A stretch of 64,000 nt of DNA from Deltaproteobacteria bacterium (GTDB lineage Bacteria; Myxococcota; Kuafuiibacteriia; Kuafuiibacteriales; Kuafuiibacteriaceae). The notes below the pieces were generated by a model. It was not told the origin of the DNA. It made no database searches and worked only from the letters and a program-made list of their open reading frames with translations. The position numbers were made by a program, and so were the translations under genes. This document shows, piece after piece, positions 10,222-20,033 of this stretch. How positions within the stretch are numbered: position 1 is the first letter of the stretch; each line of letters starts with the position of its first letter. The DNA lies in assembly GCA_011526105.1 (NCBI GenBank), contig WYAZ01000052.1:5419-69418 (forward strand). Reading direction: 5' to 3'.

Positions 10222-11307
10222 ATGTACGCCCTTGGCTCACTTCTCGTGATCCTCCTGCCCTCGCAGGCGGGCTCGAGACCGAACGTCCCCAAAGAACCGC
10301 CCGCCGGCATCGTCGCGGCGGACAGCGACTGGTACGACGCCCTCAGCCTCTCGGTCTCTCTGCAGAACTACGTGGGGACCGGGACCTTCGTTGCGAGCGA
10401 CAAGGCCGACAATCCCTACTGGGCTTCCACCCTGCAGCTCACCCCTTCCTTCGCGCTGTCGGAGCATCTGTCGCTCTTCGCCTTCTTCTCCGTCACCCAC
10501 GAGTGGACCTACGCGGTCACGAGCTGCTCCCAGCCCGATGGGCCGAGACCTTCGGGAGGTCCGACGCTCGACTGCTCGGACACCGATGACGGCAACGCGC
10601 GCCAATTCGAGGCGAGCGATCTGCAGCTCGGCATCGAGTACTCGAGGATCCCGTTCCTCACCATCGACTGGAGCACGTTCTTCGCCCTCTCTTTTCCGAC
10701 GAACCGCTTTACCCGCGCCGCCAACACCGCGCTCACGACCTCCTTGGGTGGGAGTGCATCTCGGAGCTTCGGTCCGGTCACCACCGCCCTCTCCACGAGC
10801 TTCGCGAAGTTCTGGAACGGGGGGGACGCCAGCACGCTCGATGCTTCCGACCTCGATGGAGTGGTGCCGATCTCCTTCTGTCCGGCCGACCGCCTCGAGT
10901 CGTGTGTGCCGCTCGCGGGCTTTGCGCCCAACTGGCGATTGCGTCTGGGGCTCGACGGCTCCGTGGAGCTCGGCTTCCTCGAAGGTCTCTCCTTCGCGCT
11001 CTCCGTGGGTTACATCTACACCCGAAGTTTTGGTCGCACTCCGGACGGCTTCTCGTCCGCTGTCGTGGATGGAGATGGCGACCGCGTCGTCGACGGCATC
11101 AACGAGTCCGACAGCACCTACGGCTCGCTCAGCTTGAACTATCAAATCCTGCCCCAGCTCACCACGAGCTTCGGGGTCTATAGCTTCCAGCCGGCTCGAA
11201 CCGCGGACGGACAGTCCTTGCGGTTCCCGTTCTTCGACTTCGTGTCGCCGGCCAACAACTTCACCACGTGGTTTCTGAGCGTGGATTACACACTAGGGGG
11301 TTCGTGA
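10222..11307 (+). CDS. putative outer-membrane beta-barrel protein
   Basis: A signal-like N-terminus (MYALGSLLVILLPSQA) is followed by long runs of alternating hydrophobic/polar residues, rich in S/T/G/F/Y and typical of beta-barrel OMPs. Its stop TGA 11305-11307 overlaps the ATG of the next gene. Confidence 0.45.
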   Translation: MYALGSLLVILLPSQAGSRPNVPKEPPAGIVAADSDWYDALSLSVSLQNYVGTGTFVASDKADNPYWASTLQLTPSFALSEHLSLFAFFSVTHEWTYAVTSCSQPDGPRPSGGPTLDCSDTDDGNARQFEASDLQLGIEYSRIPFLTIDWSTFFALSFPTNRFTRAANTALTTSLGGSASRSFGPVTTALSTSFAKFWNGGDASTLDASDLDGVVPISFCPADRLESCVPLAGFAPNWRLRLGLDGSVELGFLEGLSFALSVGYIYTRSFGRTPDGFSSAVVDGDGDRVVDGINESDSTYGSLSLNYQILPQLTTSFGVYSFQPARTADGQSLRFPFFDFVSPANNFTTWFLSVDYTLGGS

Positions 11308-14300
11308 TGAACACAACTCGATGGATGGCGCTCGTGCTGGTGGCCACCGCCGCACTCACAGGGTGTGCGCAGGACGTGGGAGACATCGACCGCACCCAGC
11401 CGTACCGCCTGAAGAAGAGCTTGTTCGAGGGTGAGTGGTACCTGCAGCGCACGATCTTCGATGTGCCGTACACCGCCGGGTTCACCTTCACCGGTGAGAC
11501 CTCGGACCTCGAGCGAATCCGATGGCAGATCGAGCGCGGCTTTCTCATCGCCTATCGAGCCTACGACTTCGTCGAGAACACCAACGCGAACGCCGCCCTG
11601 CCGGACGTGGAGCTCAAGGGAGCGCCCATCGCCGCCTATGCCATCGAAGAGCACTTCGACGTGGTGAGGGACTACAACACGCTGACCGGCGAAGAGACCA
11701 ACGTCCTCCTCGAGAACACCGTCGACCGCCCCTGGTTCGAACGCGCGCACATGCGGGTCGACTGGTCGAAGAACCTCATGCTCAACTTCAGCTTCATCGC
11801 CGACGGCGTGGGGCAGTCACCCGTCAACTACTTCATCCAAGACCGAACCGATGCCGACACGTTCATGGTCGGCGTCCAACGAGAGGCGGGCTGGGAGGAG
11901 CATCACGACTGGCGTGTGATCGCAGACCTCGACCAGGTCGACTATCTCGACATCGTCGACGTGCTCTTCGCGGAACCGGAGAGCCTGGTCGCCGAAGACG
12001 AATACGGAGGGCTCGAAGAGTACCCGGCGTGCTGGTTCTACACCGCCTCCGACTGCCAACCCTCCCGGCTCAAGGTGCGTTCTTCGTTCCTCAAAGTGAA
12101 TCCGGCCGAGCGCTACGAGGCCATGGCTTATCCCGACAACGAGATCTTGCGCGACCCGGATGGCAACGCCCTGCGTGACGAGTTCGGGAGCCCGATTCGC
12201 GTGCCGTACTTCGACAAGTTTGGCTACTTCCGGATCGAGCGTGACTACTTCGACGCGCAACGCGGCCGCACGCAGTCGGGGCGCACCTTCCTCATCACGC
12301 GCTGGGGCATCTGGCAGGACGCACCCGAGTGTGTCGACGCCTCTGGCTCCTATCGAAACTGCACGGTTCGGCCGGTTGTGTATCACCTCTCGCCCGGCTT
12401 CCCGACCGCCTTGGTTCCCCAGGCGGCGGAGTCGGTGGCCCAATGGAACGCGGCGTTCAAAGAGGTTGTGCTGCACAAGAAGTACGGCGGTGTGGCGCCT
12501 CCGGGGGGTGTGGAGGATGTCTTTCTCCTTCGGCCCAACAGCTACGAGGCCGGGGTGACACGCGGCGAGCGTATCGGAGACTTGCGCTACTCGTTCTTGT
12601 ACTACGTCGCGGAGCCGCAGTCGGCGGGGCTGCTCGGATATGGGCCGAGCGCGGCCGATCCGCTGACCGGGCGCATCATCTCCGGCAGCGCCTATGTCTA
12701 CGGGGCGGAGACCGAGATCTTCGGGACCTGGGGCGCGGACATCGTCGACCTCCTGAACGGCGTCATTCCCTCCGACGAGTTCCTCGAGGGTGAGGACGTG
12801 CGCGAGTACGTGGCGCGTGCCCACGGCGAGTACGATCGGGTCGCGACCGCCGCCGGAAACGCCGAGCGACTGGACCGCGCACGTGAGTTCGCTAGGTCGA
12901 GGAACGTCAAGCAGGCGCGGGGTCGCCAGAAGAGCCTCGGCAAGCAGCGCTTCCGGCTCGACCGCTCCGAGGTGCGTGCCCGACTCTCCGCCATCAAGGA
13001 CAGCCCCCTCGAGGAGCGGCTCATGAACGACGAGATCGTGCGCGCTCTGGTCCCGTCCGCGCGCCAGCCCGGAAGCGGGCTCTCCGCGAGCCTGAGCCCG
13101 GCCACCCGCGCCAAGATCTCGCCGGCGCGTTGGGCGACCACGGGCGCCTTCCGCGACCTCACGCAAAAGCGGCGGCGCAAGCTGATGGAGAACAGCGTAA
13201 CGCTGGCGGCCTTTTCGGACCCGGCGGTGATTGGTCTGGCCGAGAGCTTGCGCGGCAAGCAGCGCGAAGAGGTCCGTCGCACGATCATTGGCGAAGTCTT
13301 CGCCTCGACGATGGAGCACGAGCTTGGGCACACGCTCGGCCTGCGCCACAACTTCGGCGGCAGCTACGACTCGCTGAACTATCATCCACAGTACTGGACG
13401 ACACGCGGCAACGATCCACAGCCGTTTCAGGCCATGACCCCCGGACAACAGACCGCGCGGCAGCGCGAGTATCAGTACTCGTCGATCATGGACTACGGGG
13501 CTCGGGTGAACAGCGACATCCAAGGCATCGGCCCCTACGACCGCGCGGCCATCAAGTTTGGTTACGGCGAGCTCGTCGATGTGTTCGAGCCGGATACGCA
13601 ACCGGCGGACCCGCTCGGCGACGCCTTTGGATACACCTTCGCGATGCAGGAACTCCGTCACTACACTTCCTTGCCGAGCCTGTTTGGCAATGATGCTTCG
13701 CGGATCAACCGGCGCCGAACCGTGCCGTACTCGAACGTGATCGATCAGCTGAAGGGCTCGGCGAGCACCAGCTTCATCGAGGTGCCGTTTCGGTTCTGCT
13801 CCGATGAATACGAGGGGGCGCTGTCCTGGTGCGCGGCCTACGACGAAGGCGCCGATCCGTACGAGATCGTTCAAAACGCGAGCGACCAGTACGAGACCTA
13901 CTACATTTTCAACAACTTCTCTCGCGATCGTCAGGACATCGAGTCCTGGTCTCACCTCGAGAACGTGTTCTATCGTTTCTTCTTCCCGATCCAGAACCAG
14001 TACCAGCAGTGGTTCTACAGCTCCTGGGACTATGACGGCCTCTGGGAGTATCTGCGCGAGGACCCCGCATACTGGCAGATCGAAGACGTGCCCTATGACG
14101 AAGCGATCGACGGCGGGCTCGCGGGCGCGTTCTCCGCCAGGACCGGTCTCAATACGCTCGCGAGGGTCATTCAGACCCCCGAGCCCGGCGCCTACTACTA
14201 CGACCCCGATGAACAGCTCTTCTTGAACTACAGCTATGAACAGATCCCGGTGTGCGGAGCGGTCGTCAACGACGAATGCTCGGATATGACCGTGCCTCTG

Positions 14301-15014
14301 GGGACGGGCAAGTACGCCTTCAGCTTGTACGATGGTGACTCGGGCTACTACTTCTACGATCGATTGCAGGTCGTTGGCAGCTTCTACGACAAGCTCGCGG
14401 CGGTGCAGACGCTCACCTCGCCCGAGACGAATTTCCTCGGGGTCGACTTCGACGCGAACCTGACGCAGTTCGCCATCGGCATGAACCTGGTCTTTCCAGA
14501 CGAGGTCACACGCCTCGTGGGCGGTAGCGCCACCGAGGCCTATTCGTCCTACGCGGGCTTCGCGAACAGCCAGGGCTCCTTCGTCTATCGCGACATGTTC
14601 ACGCAGCCCTCGGGCGCGGACCTCGCGCGGCCGGTGGACCCGGCGACCAGCTTTACGGTGGAGCTCTACGCGGCGTGGCTCGGTATGGCGTTCTTGAACG
14701 CCTCCTTTGACAACAGCTTCAACGACAAGATGAAGATCTTCATCGAAGGGAACGGGGAGGGCATCCTGCCGTCCGCTTCCCCCGAGCGCATCGCCCGCTA
14801 CCAGCATCCGCGGACCGGTCGGACCTTCGTCGCGATCCGCGCCGAGCAGGCGAGCGAGTTCTCTCCGGGCTTCGAGCTCGTGAATCGGGTGCAGCAGATC
14901 GCCAACGAACCGACAGAGTATCCCGAGTATCAAGAGAGCCGGATCGAGCTGCTGGTGTCGCTCATGGAGACCGTGCGCGGCCTCTCGGATATCTATGGGA
15001 AGCTCAGCTTCTGA
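11307..15014 (+). CDS. zinc-dependent metalloprotease lipoprotein (HExxH zincin; DUF4953/DUF5117-like family)
   Basis: The lipoprotein signal MNTTRWMALVLVATAALTGC is followed downstream by the zincin motif MEHELGHTLGLRHNFGGSYD. The protein is 1236 aa and is translationally coupled to the upstream OMP gene (TGATG). Confidence 0.8.
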   Translation: MNTTRWMALVLVATAALTGCAQDVGDIDRTQPYRLKKSLFEGEWYLQRTIFDVPYTAGFTFTGETSDLERIRWQIERGFLIAYRAYDFVENTNANAALPDVELKGAPIAAYAIEEHFDVVRDYNTLTGEETNVLLENTVDRPWFERAHMRVDWSKNLMLNFSFIADGVGQSPVNYFIQDRTDADTFMVGVQREAGWEEHHDWRVIADLDQVDYLDIVDVLFAEPESLVAEDEYGGLEEYPACWFYTASDCQPSRLKVRSSFLKVNPAERYEAMAYPDNEILRDPDGNALRDEFGSPIRVPYFDKFGYFRIERDYFDAQRGRTQSGRTFLITRWGIWQDAPECVDASGSYRNCTVRPVVYHLSPGFPTALVPQAAESVAQWNAAFKEVVLHKKYGGVAPPGGVEDVFLLRPNSYEAGVTRGERIGDLRYSFLYYVAEPQSAGLLGYGPSAADPLTGRIISGSAYVYGAETEIFGTWGADIVDLLNGVIPSDEFLEGEDVREYVARAHGEYDRVATAAGNAERLDRAREFARSRNVKQARGRQKSLGKQRFRLDRSEVRARLSAIKDSPLEERLMNDEIVRALVPSARQPGSGLSASLSPATRAKISPARWATTGAFRDLTQKRRRKLMENSVTLAAFSDPAVIGLAESLRGKQREEVRRTIIGEVFASTMEHELGHTLGLRHNFGGSYDSLNYHPQYWTTRGNDPQPFQAMTPGQQTARQREYQYSSIMDYGARVNSDIQGIGPYDRAAIKFGYGELVDVFEPDTQPADPLGDAFGYTFAMQELRHYTSLPSLFGNDASRINRRRTVPYSNVIDQLKGSASTSFIEVPFRFCSDEYEGALSWCAAYDEGADPYEIVQNASDQYETYYIFNNFSRDRQDIESWSHLENVFYRFFFPIQNQYQQWFYSSWDYDGLWEYLREDPAYWQIEDVPYDEAIDGGLAGAFSARTGLNTLARVIQTPEPGAYYYDPDEQLFLNYSYEQIPVCGAVVNDECSDMTVPLGTGKYAFSLYDGDSGYYFYDRLQVVGSFYDKLAAVQTLTSPETNFLGVDFDANLTQFAIGMNLVFPDEVTRLVGGSATEAYSSYAGFANSQGSFVYRDMFTQPSGADLARPVDPATSFTVELYAAWLGMAFLNASFDNSFNDKMKIFIEGNGEGILPSASPERIARYQHPRTGRTFVAIRAEQASEFSPGFELVNRVQQIANEPTEYPEYQESRIELLVSLMETVRGLSDIYGKLSF

Positions 15015-15043
15015 CCCGACCTCGAGCCCCGTAGCCCCTCCAG

Positions 15044-17053
15044 GTGGGCATCCTGGAGTTTTCCCGGAACGTTTTCCGCCATCGGCCGATAACCCAGGGG
15101 ATGGTCGCGATCGGTCGCACGCAGCCCCCGGGCGTTCACGGCGTCACGAACTCTCCAGTGACTTCGGGGCCGGAGGCGGCCGGCGCGGTGCCAGCGGAGG
15201 TGTCTGTCGCCCCCGTGCCCTCGCTCTACACCTCTCCGGCCATCGCGCTCTCGGTCGGTCGCGGGGCGGGCCAGCGCGTTGAACTCGGGGCCATCAATGG
15301 AAAGAAGCTCGAGTTTGGTGCTTCGGGTCGGCTCCTGCTCGGCGGTCAGCTCGGTTCCTCGAGCCCCGGAGTCGGCGCGGACGCGGAGCTCATCTATCGA
15401 ACGGCGGAGCTGCTCGCGGCCAAGGACGGGGACTTCTTTGGGCAGTCGCTGACCCAGAAGATGCGTGGCCGCATCTTCGCGCAGCTCGACCAGGCGGTGA
15501 CCTCGGCTCAGCTCGGAAACCGAACTCGAGCGAAAGAGAAGGCGCTCTCCGGATCCCTCGCGCTGCTCACACACTTGGCCCAGACGACTCCGGCCTCCTC
15601 CGCCGCGCTTCGGGCCGAGATCGTCGATCGCGTCCTCGCCGCGGTCGCTCGCGAGCCCAACATCGAGATCGCCGCGTTCTACCTGCAGACCACGAACCGT
15701 TTCCTCCCGCTCAACAGCGCACAGAAGAAGGTCTTCGAAGGCATCGAAGCTCGCCTGCTCCCACCGCGTCCGCTGATCGAGGAGTACACGGAGAATCGCA
15801 CCAAGCCGCTCGAGATCCGCCATAGCGTTCACGAGGAGTTCTGGAAGGAGGAGCTCGCCCTGTTCTCCAAGAAGAACGGCTGGAAGCTCGTCTCGAAGGA
15901 TTCCAAGGACACGAAGCGGACCTACAAAGGCGTGCTGAAGGACCCCACCGGAAAAAAGCCTCCGCTCAACGTCAACCTCGTGGTGGTCAAAGGCGAACTC
16001 GACACCTTGGAGCACATGAACGACCCGAAGGTGCACGTGATCATGTACTCGGGACACTCCTCGCTCGGTGGGAATGGGAGCCAGGCGGTCGAGGCGAGCC
16101 CCACGATGAAGGGCAAGCATCCCAAGCTCTACTTCGCGGCGAACTGCAGGGGCGGCGACAACTACCCCGAGTTCACGAACAAGCACACCCGTGCGCACGT
16201 GATCATGACCGAGAAGCACACCTACTCGGTGTCTGGACAGGCGCGTATCGAGGCGATGTTCGACACCTTCGCGCGCGGCGAGTCCTACGCGTACATGCGG
16301 AAGAAGACCGAGAAGAAGCACTGGGACGAGCCCGCGAATAACTACTTCTATCCCGACGAGTGGCGGAAGTTCGGCTTCATGGACTCCGATCAGGACGGCA
16401 AGGTCGACTTCCATCCCGCGCGCACGGACCGCCTCTACGACGTCGGCCTAGGCGACACCGGCCTCAACTTCATGCGCGCGATCAACTTCGCGCGGAGCGA
16501 GCTCTACTACCACTGGGAGGTCGAGCACTCGAACGGCAAGAAGAGCTACTTCGGCAAGAGGTATGCGGACTCACTCCTCGCCGGCGGGCCGATTCCGGAC
16601 CCGAAGCCGGGCGAGTTGGTGCGCGTCAGCCCGGTGAAGACCAAGCCCCACCAGCCGCATCTGTTTCGCGTCGAATACAACGCCAGTTTGGCCAAGAAGA
16701 TCGAGCCGAACGTGCTCGGGGGTCTGGTGACGTTCCACATCGGCCTCGCGATGGCGGACCACAAGAACGGAGAGACCAACGCGCTCAACAGTCTGCGGGC
16801 GGCCGTCATGGGGGCCCAGGCCTGCCACTATCTGGACGTCTACTCCGACACGAGCCCGGTCACGTACCAGCGCTACTTCGAAAAGATCGGTCTCACGAAC
16901 AAGATGAAAGAGAAGGATATCGAGGATCTCTTCAAGAAGTTTGATAGCCACGCCAACACCGCGCAGACGAAGGCGTTCCAGAAGCTGCTCGAGACTCAGT
17001 ACGGGGTGGATGTTGCGGCGTGGCACGCGCTTCAGAAGTCACCGCTCGTTTGA
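15044..17053 (+). CDS. hypothetical protein with a caspase-like (clan CD/C14-like) His-Cys dyad
   Basis: Two motifs are present: a hydrophobic strand plus SGH (KVHVIMYSGHSSLGG, His codon 16055-16057), and a hydrophobic strand plus C-R-G (KLYFAANCRGG, Cys codon 16145-16147). Compare metacaspase YSGHG and caspase QACRG. There is also an EF-hand-like DSDQDGKVD loop and no signal peptide. The start could be GTG 15044 or ATG 15101. Confidence 0.5.
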   Translation: MGILEFSRNVFRHRPITQGMVAIGRTQPPGVHGVTNSPVTSGPEAAGAVPAEVSVAPVPSLYTSPAIALSVGRGAGQRVELGAINGKKLEFGASGRLLLGGQLGSSSPGVGADAELIYRTAELLAAKDGDFFGQSLTQKMRGRIFAQLDQAVTSAQLGNRTRAKEKALSGSLALLTHLAQTTPASSAALRAEIVDRVLAAVAREPNIEIAAFYLQTTNRFLPLNSAQKKVFEGIEARLLPPRPLIEEYTENRTKPLEIRHSVHEEFWKEELALFSKKNGWKLVSKDSKDTKRTYKGVLKDPTGKKPPLNVNLVVVKGELDTLEHMNDPKVHVIMYSGHSSLGGNGSQAVEASPTMKGKHPKLYFAANCRGGDNYPEFTNKHTRAHVIMTEKHTYSVSGQARIEAMFDTFARGESYAYMRKKTEKKHWDEPANNYFYPDEWRKFGFMDSDQDGKVDFHPARTDRLYDVGLGDTGLNFMRAINFARSELYYHWEVEHSNGKKSYFGKRYADSLLAGGPIPDPKPGELVRVSPVKTKPHQPHLFRVEYNASLAKKIEPNVLGGLVTFHIGLAMADHKNGETNALNSLRAAVMGAQACHYLDVYSDTSPVTYQRYFEKIGLTNKMKEKDIEDLFKKFDSHANTAQTKAFQKLLETQYGVDVAAWHALQKSPLV

Positions 17054-17169
17054 GGGATGCGCGTGATTCCGGTCACGCCGGAGGCCTCGCTGAGCTGAGG
17101 CAAAATGTGACATGAGTGTGAGCCCCATCGCTGACTGACCGATGGCCTCTCGCGCAATGTCCATGGTGC

Positions 17170-18207
17170 GTGTCCAACGAAGCATTCTTCCCTCGACAGC
17201 CCCACCATCCCATCCCCCAGAACTCCGAAACCTACTTCGGCCCCAATCTCCAGCGTCTGCCGACCCGATTCGATGCTCGGCGCTTCTTCATCCATCACTA
17301 TGATCCCATTCGCCGTACGCTCGCCGCTCATCAGGAGCTGGGGCTCGCGCTCCTCGTGTTCGCCGACCGGCCCGAGCCCATCGCCGGACACTGGATCGCG
17401 GCTCAGATCGATCGCACGACGAGCACCGTGCTCGGCCGGCACAGCGCTTGTGCGGTCTCCGTTCTCTCGACCGCCCAAGAGGTCTCGCTCCGGCACGCGG
17501 TGATCTGCGTTCGTGCGGTCTCGTTCAACTGTCTGCGTGCGCGCATCTTTGACCTGCGCACTCAGTTTGGATTTGCGGATGAGACCGGACGGGACCTGCG
17601 CGGGGTGACGATCGACGGCACGAGCTTCTTCCGATTCGGTGACCTCATCGTTCTCGCCCTCGTGACGGGTGAGGATCCCTCGAGCTACCTGAGCGCCGAG
17701 GACGCCTACGACGCCATTCCGGCGCGGATCTTCGTCGATGCACAAGAGGCTTCTCCCACGGATCCAAAGTTCCGCGTGCTTCGTCCTCATTCGCAAGGTG
17801 GCTCCGCTGATGAGCGCACCTTCGTGCGATCTCAACTCGGCGTGTTGCCGCCCGAGGCCGATCTACTGGGTCCCGACGAGCTGCCGGAGGGGCAGATCCA
17901 TCTCACCACCTCGAACGGGCGCCGCTTCATGCGCGAAGTAGGGAGGTCCGCGCTCTCGCGAGGCCTGCTCTTCGGTCGCTACGACCGCTGCGACATCGGT
18001 CGCCGCGGAGGCAACAACGAACTGTCGAGGGTCCACTTGCTCCTCGTGCGCGACCGGGGCGAGCTCCTCGCCATCGACACCGCGTCGAGCAACGGGTCGT
18101 TCCGCGGCGAGAAGCAGTTTCGTCAGTTGAAGATGGAGTCGGGCATGGAGATCGATCTCGCGGGCGAGCTCGTGGTGCGGTGGGTCTCGAGTACGCCCGA
18201 GATCTAG
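17170..18207 (+). CDS. tandem FHA-domain protein
   Basis: Two FHA-like cores are visible: LGRHSACAVSV...VSLRHAVI and FGRYDRCDIGRRGGNNELSRVHLLL...IDTASSNGSF. Confidence 0.6.
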   Translation: MSNEAFFPRQPHHPIPQNSETYFGPNLQRLPTRFDARRFFIHHYDPIRRTLAAHQELGLALLVFADRPEPIAGHWIAAQIDRTTSTVLGRHSACAVSVLSTAQEVSLRHAVICVRAVSFNCLRARIFDLRTQFGFADETGRDLRGVTIDGTSFFRFGDLIVLALVTGEDPSSYLSAEDAYDAIPARIFVDAQEASPTDPKFRVLRPHSQGGSADERTFVRSQLGVLPPEADLLGPDELPEGQIHLTTSNGRRFMREVGRSALSRGLLFGRYDRCDIGRRGGNNELSRVHLLLVRDRGELLAIDTASSNGSFRGEKQFRQLKMESGMEIDLAGELVVRWVSSTPEI

Positions 18208-18251
18208 GAAGGTCTTGCCAGCCTCACGGCTTTGCTGGCATCAGGCCGGGC

Positions 18252-19124
18252 GTGAACTACGAGCATGGCTTTCACGCCGGTAACCCCGGCGACGTCCTGA
18301 AGCACGCGGCGCTCGTCCTCATCCTTCGCGAGCTCACGCGCCGGCAGGATCCCATTCACTATCTCGAGACCCACGCCGGGGGCGGCCTCTACGGCCTCGA
18401 AAAGGCAGACGGGGAGTGGACCCAGGGCATCGGGCGCCTGCTCTCGAAGAACGCCCGCCGAAAGCTGCCCGATCTCGTACCGTACCTGGATCTCGTGGCC
18501 GAGGAGGGCAAGGCGCCCGCCGTGTACCCCGGCTCGCCGCTCATCGCGCAAGCCCTCCTGCGAGATACGGACAGGCTCGAACTCTACGAGCTCAAGCCGT
18601 CCGCGAAGGCCCAGCTCGAGACCGCGATCGAACCCAAGAAGGACCGCCGGGTACGGCTGTTCGAACGCGACGGTTACGCCGGTCTCATCTCCACTTCGGT
18701 CGCGGAGGGCGCTCATCTCATGGCGCTGATCGACCCGCCCTTCGAGGCTTCGGAGGAGTGGGATGACATCGAGGCCTGCGTGAAACGCACCGCGGTCAAA
18801 AGGCCCGGGGCCACGCTGGTCTTGTGGTATCCGGTGAAAGAGGGTGCTCCGCACGAGGGTCGGCCGGAGCGGCTTCGCCGTGCTCTCGAGGCGGCTCGCG
18901 TTCGGGGCGTGTCCGTGGAGCTCTCGAGTCGAGGCGGGATGATCCTCTCCAAGAGCAAACACGCCAAAGTGCGTGGTGTGCTTTTGGGCTCGGGGTTGCT
19001 GTTTGTGGGCGCGCCCCATCGTGCGGTCGCCAAGCTGGCGGCGGCGCTTCCGGAGCTCGGTCGAAGCATGGCGCGCGCCGAAGACGGTACGGCCTTCGAT
19101 GTGTCTTGGAAAGGCTGGGGCTGA
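18252..19124 (+). CDS. rlmJ: 23S rRNA (adenine-N6)-methyltransferase RlmJ
   Basis: NYEHGFHAGNPGDVLKHAAL...YLETHAGGGLY matches the conserved RlmJ N-terminus. The start is taken as GTG 18252, although the ORF is open from 18180. Confidence 0.7.
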   Translation: MNYEHGFHAGNPGDVLKHAALVLILRELTRRQDPIHYLETHAGGGLYGLEKADGEWTQGIGRLLSKNARRKLPDLVPYLDLVAEEGKAPAVYPGSPLIAQALLRDTDRLELYELKPSAKAQLETAIEPKKDRRVRLFERDGYAGLISTSVAEGAHLMALIDPPFEASEEWDDIEACVKRTAVKRPGATLVLWYPVKEGAPHEGRPERLRRALEAARVRGVSVELSSRGGMILSKSKHAKVRGVLLGSGLLFVGAPHRAVAKLAAALPELGRSMARAEDGTAFDVSWKGWG

Positions 19125-19136
19125 GCGTAGAACGCT

Positions 19137-19209
19137 AGCGCTCATCTCGAGACCCCCTCGGTCGCGATCTCGGCCGTCTCGCTCGGTCGGGGGTCTCGAG
19201 ATGAGCGCT
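19137..19209. terminator. perfect 21-bp inverted repeat (stem-loop) between convergent rlmJ and phaR
   Basis: AGCGCTCATCTCGAGACCCCC (19137-19157) pairs with GGGGGTCTCGAGATGAGCGCT (19189-19209) around a 31-nt loop. This is a likely bidirectional terminator or a REP-like element. Confidence 0.45.
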
Positions 19210-19912
19210 ACTCGGTCTCGGTCTCGGCCTCGGCCGGGGAGGGAGGCTCGGCCCTGCGCAGGGCCTCGAAGGACTCGAGCTTCTCGCGCAGGTGGCGGTC
19301 GAGGGAAATGACCATCTCTACCGCTTCGCTCTTGTTGTGTGCCATGTGCCGCTCCACTCGCTGACGCGCGTCGGCAAAGGCGTCGTCGAATCGGTGCACG
19401 AGGACCTCGACCGCACGACTCGCGTCTTTCGATCCGGTCTTGGTGAAGACGGACTTCGCGGTCTCGGTGAAGTCGGCGATGTTCCGGGTTGCGGCATCCC
19501 GCAAGGTCTGGGCTCCGTATCGAAGCTCCTCGACGCTCTTCTGGGCGTTGGTTCGGACCTCGACGACCGGCGTGATCACGGAGCGGTCCCAGAAATCCTG
19601 AAGGGTTTCGCCCGAGGCTTGGATGAGATTACGAAGCATGGAGAGCGGCATGCGGCTCTTCTGCTTCTCCTCCTCGTAGATGATCTGGGTGAGCGTGACC
19701 GCGGTGAGGTCGCGTCCGCTCTTGTTGTCGATGATCTGGACCTCTTCGCCCTCTTTGATCATCCGCGCGATCTCTTCGAGCGTGACGTAGCGGCTGCGCT
19801 CCGTGTCGTAGAGCTTGCGGTTTGAGTAGCGCTTGACGATCTTTGCCGGCTTTTGGATCGCGTCGCTGGCGCCCTCTTTAGGGGTCGAGGGTTTATCGGG
19901 CGGACCGCTCAT
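19208..19912 (-). CDS. phaR: PhaR-like (polyhydroxyalkanoate synthesis repressor) transcriptional regulator
   Basis: The N-terminus KIVKRYSNRKLYDTERSRYVTLEEIARMIKEGEEVQIIDNKSGRDLT closely matches the PhaR DNA-binding domain. Confidence 0.7.
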   Translation of the reverse strand: MSGPPDKPSTPKEGASDAIQKPAKIVKRYSNRKLYDTERSRYVTLEEIARMIKEGEEVQIIDNKSGRDLTAVTLTQIIYEEEKQKSRMPLSMLRNLIQASGETLQDFWDRSVITPVVEVRTNAQKSVEELRYGAQTLRDAATRNIADFTETAKSVFTKTGSKDASRAVEVLVHRFDDAFADARQRVERHMAHNKSEAVEMVISLDRHLREKLESFEALRRAEPPSPAEAETETE

Positions 19913-20033
19913 GCTGCCAAGCCTTCGGACGAGCCTAGCACAGAGTCAACGCGGATACGACGCACTGCGTTCAAAGGACCCCTCACGCACAGAGCTGTAC
20001 TTGCCGGGGTTCCCGAGCACCCTTAGACTGCGC

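Noticed and set aside
19833-20033. Upstream extension of the zinc-ribbon protein ORF (MTIFAGFWIAS...)
   Set aside because: MJ0042 zinc-ribbon domains sit at the extreme N-terminus. The extension would overlap the phaR promoter region.
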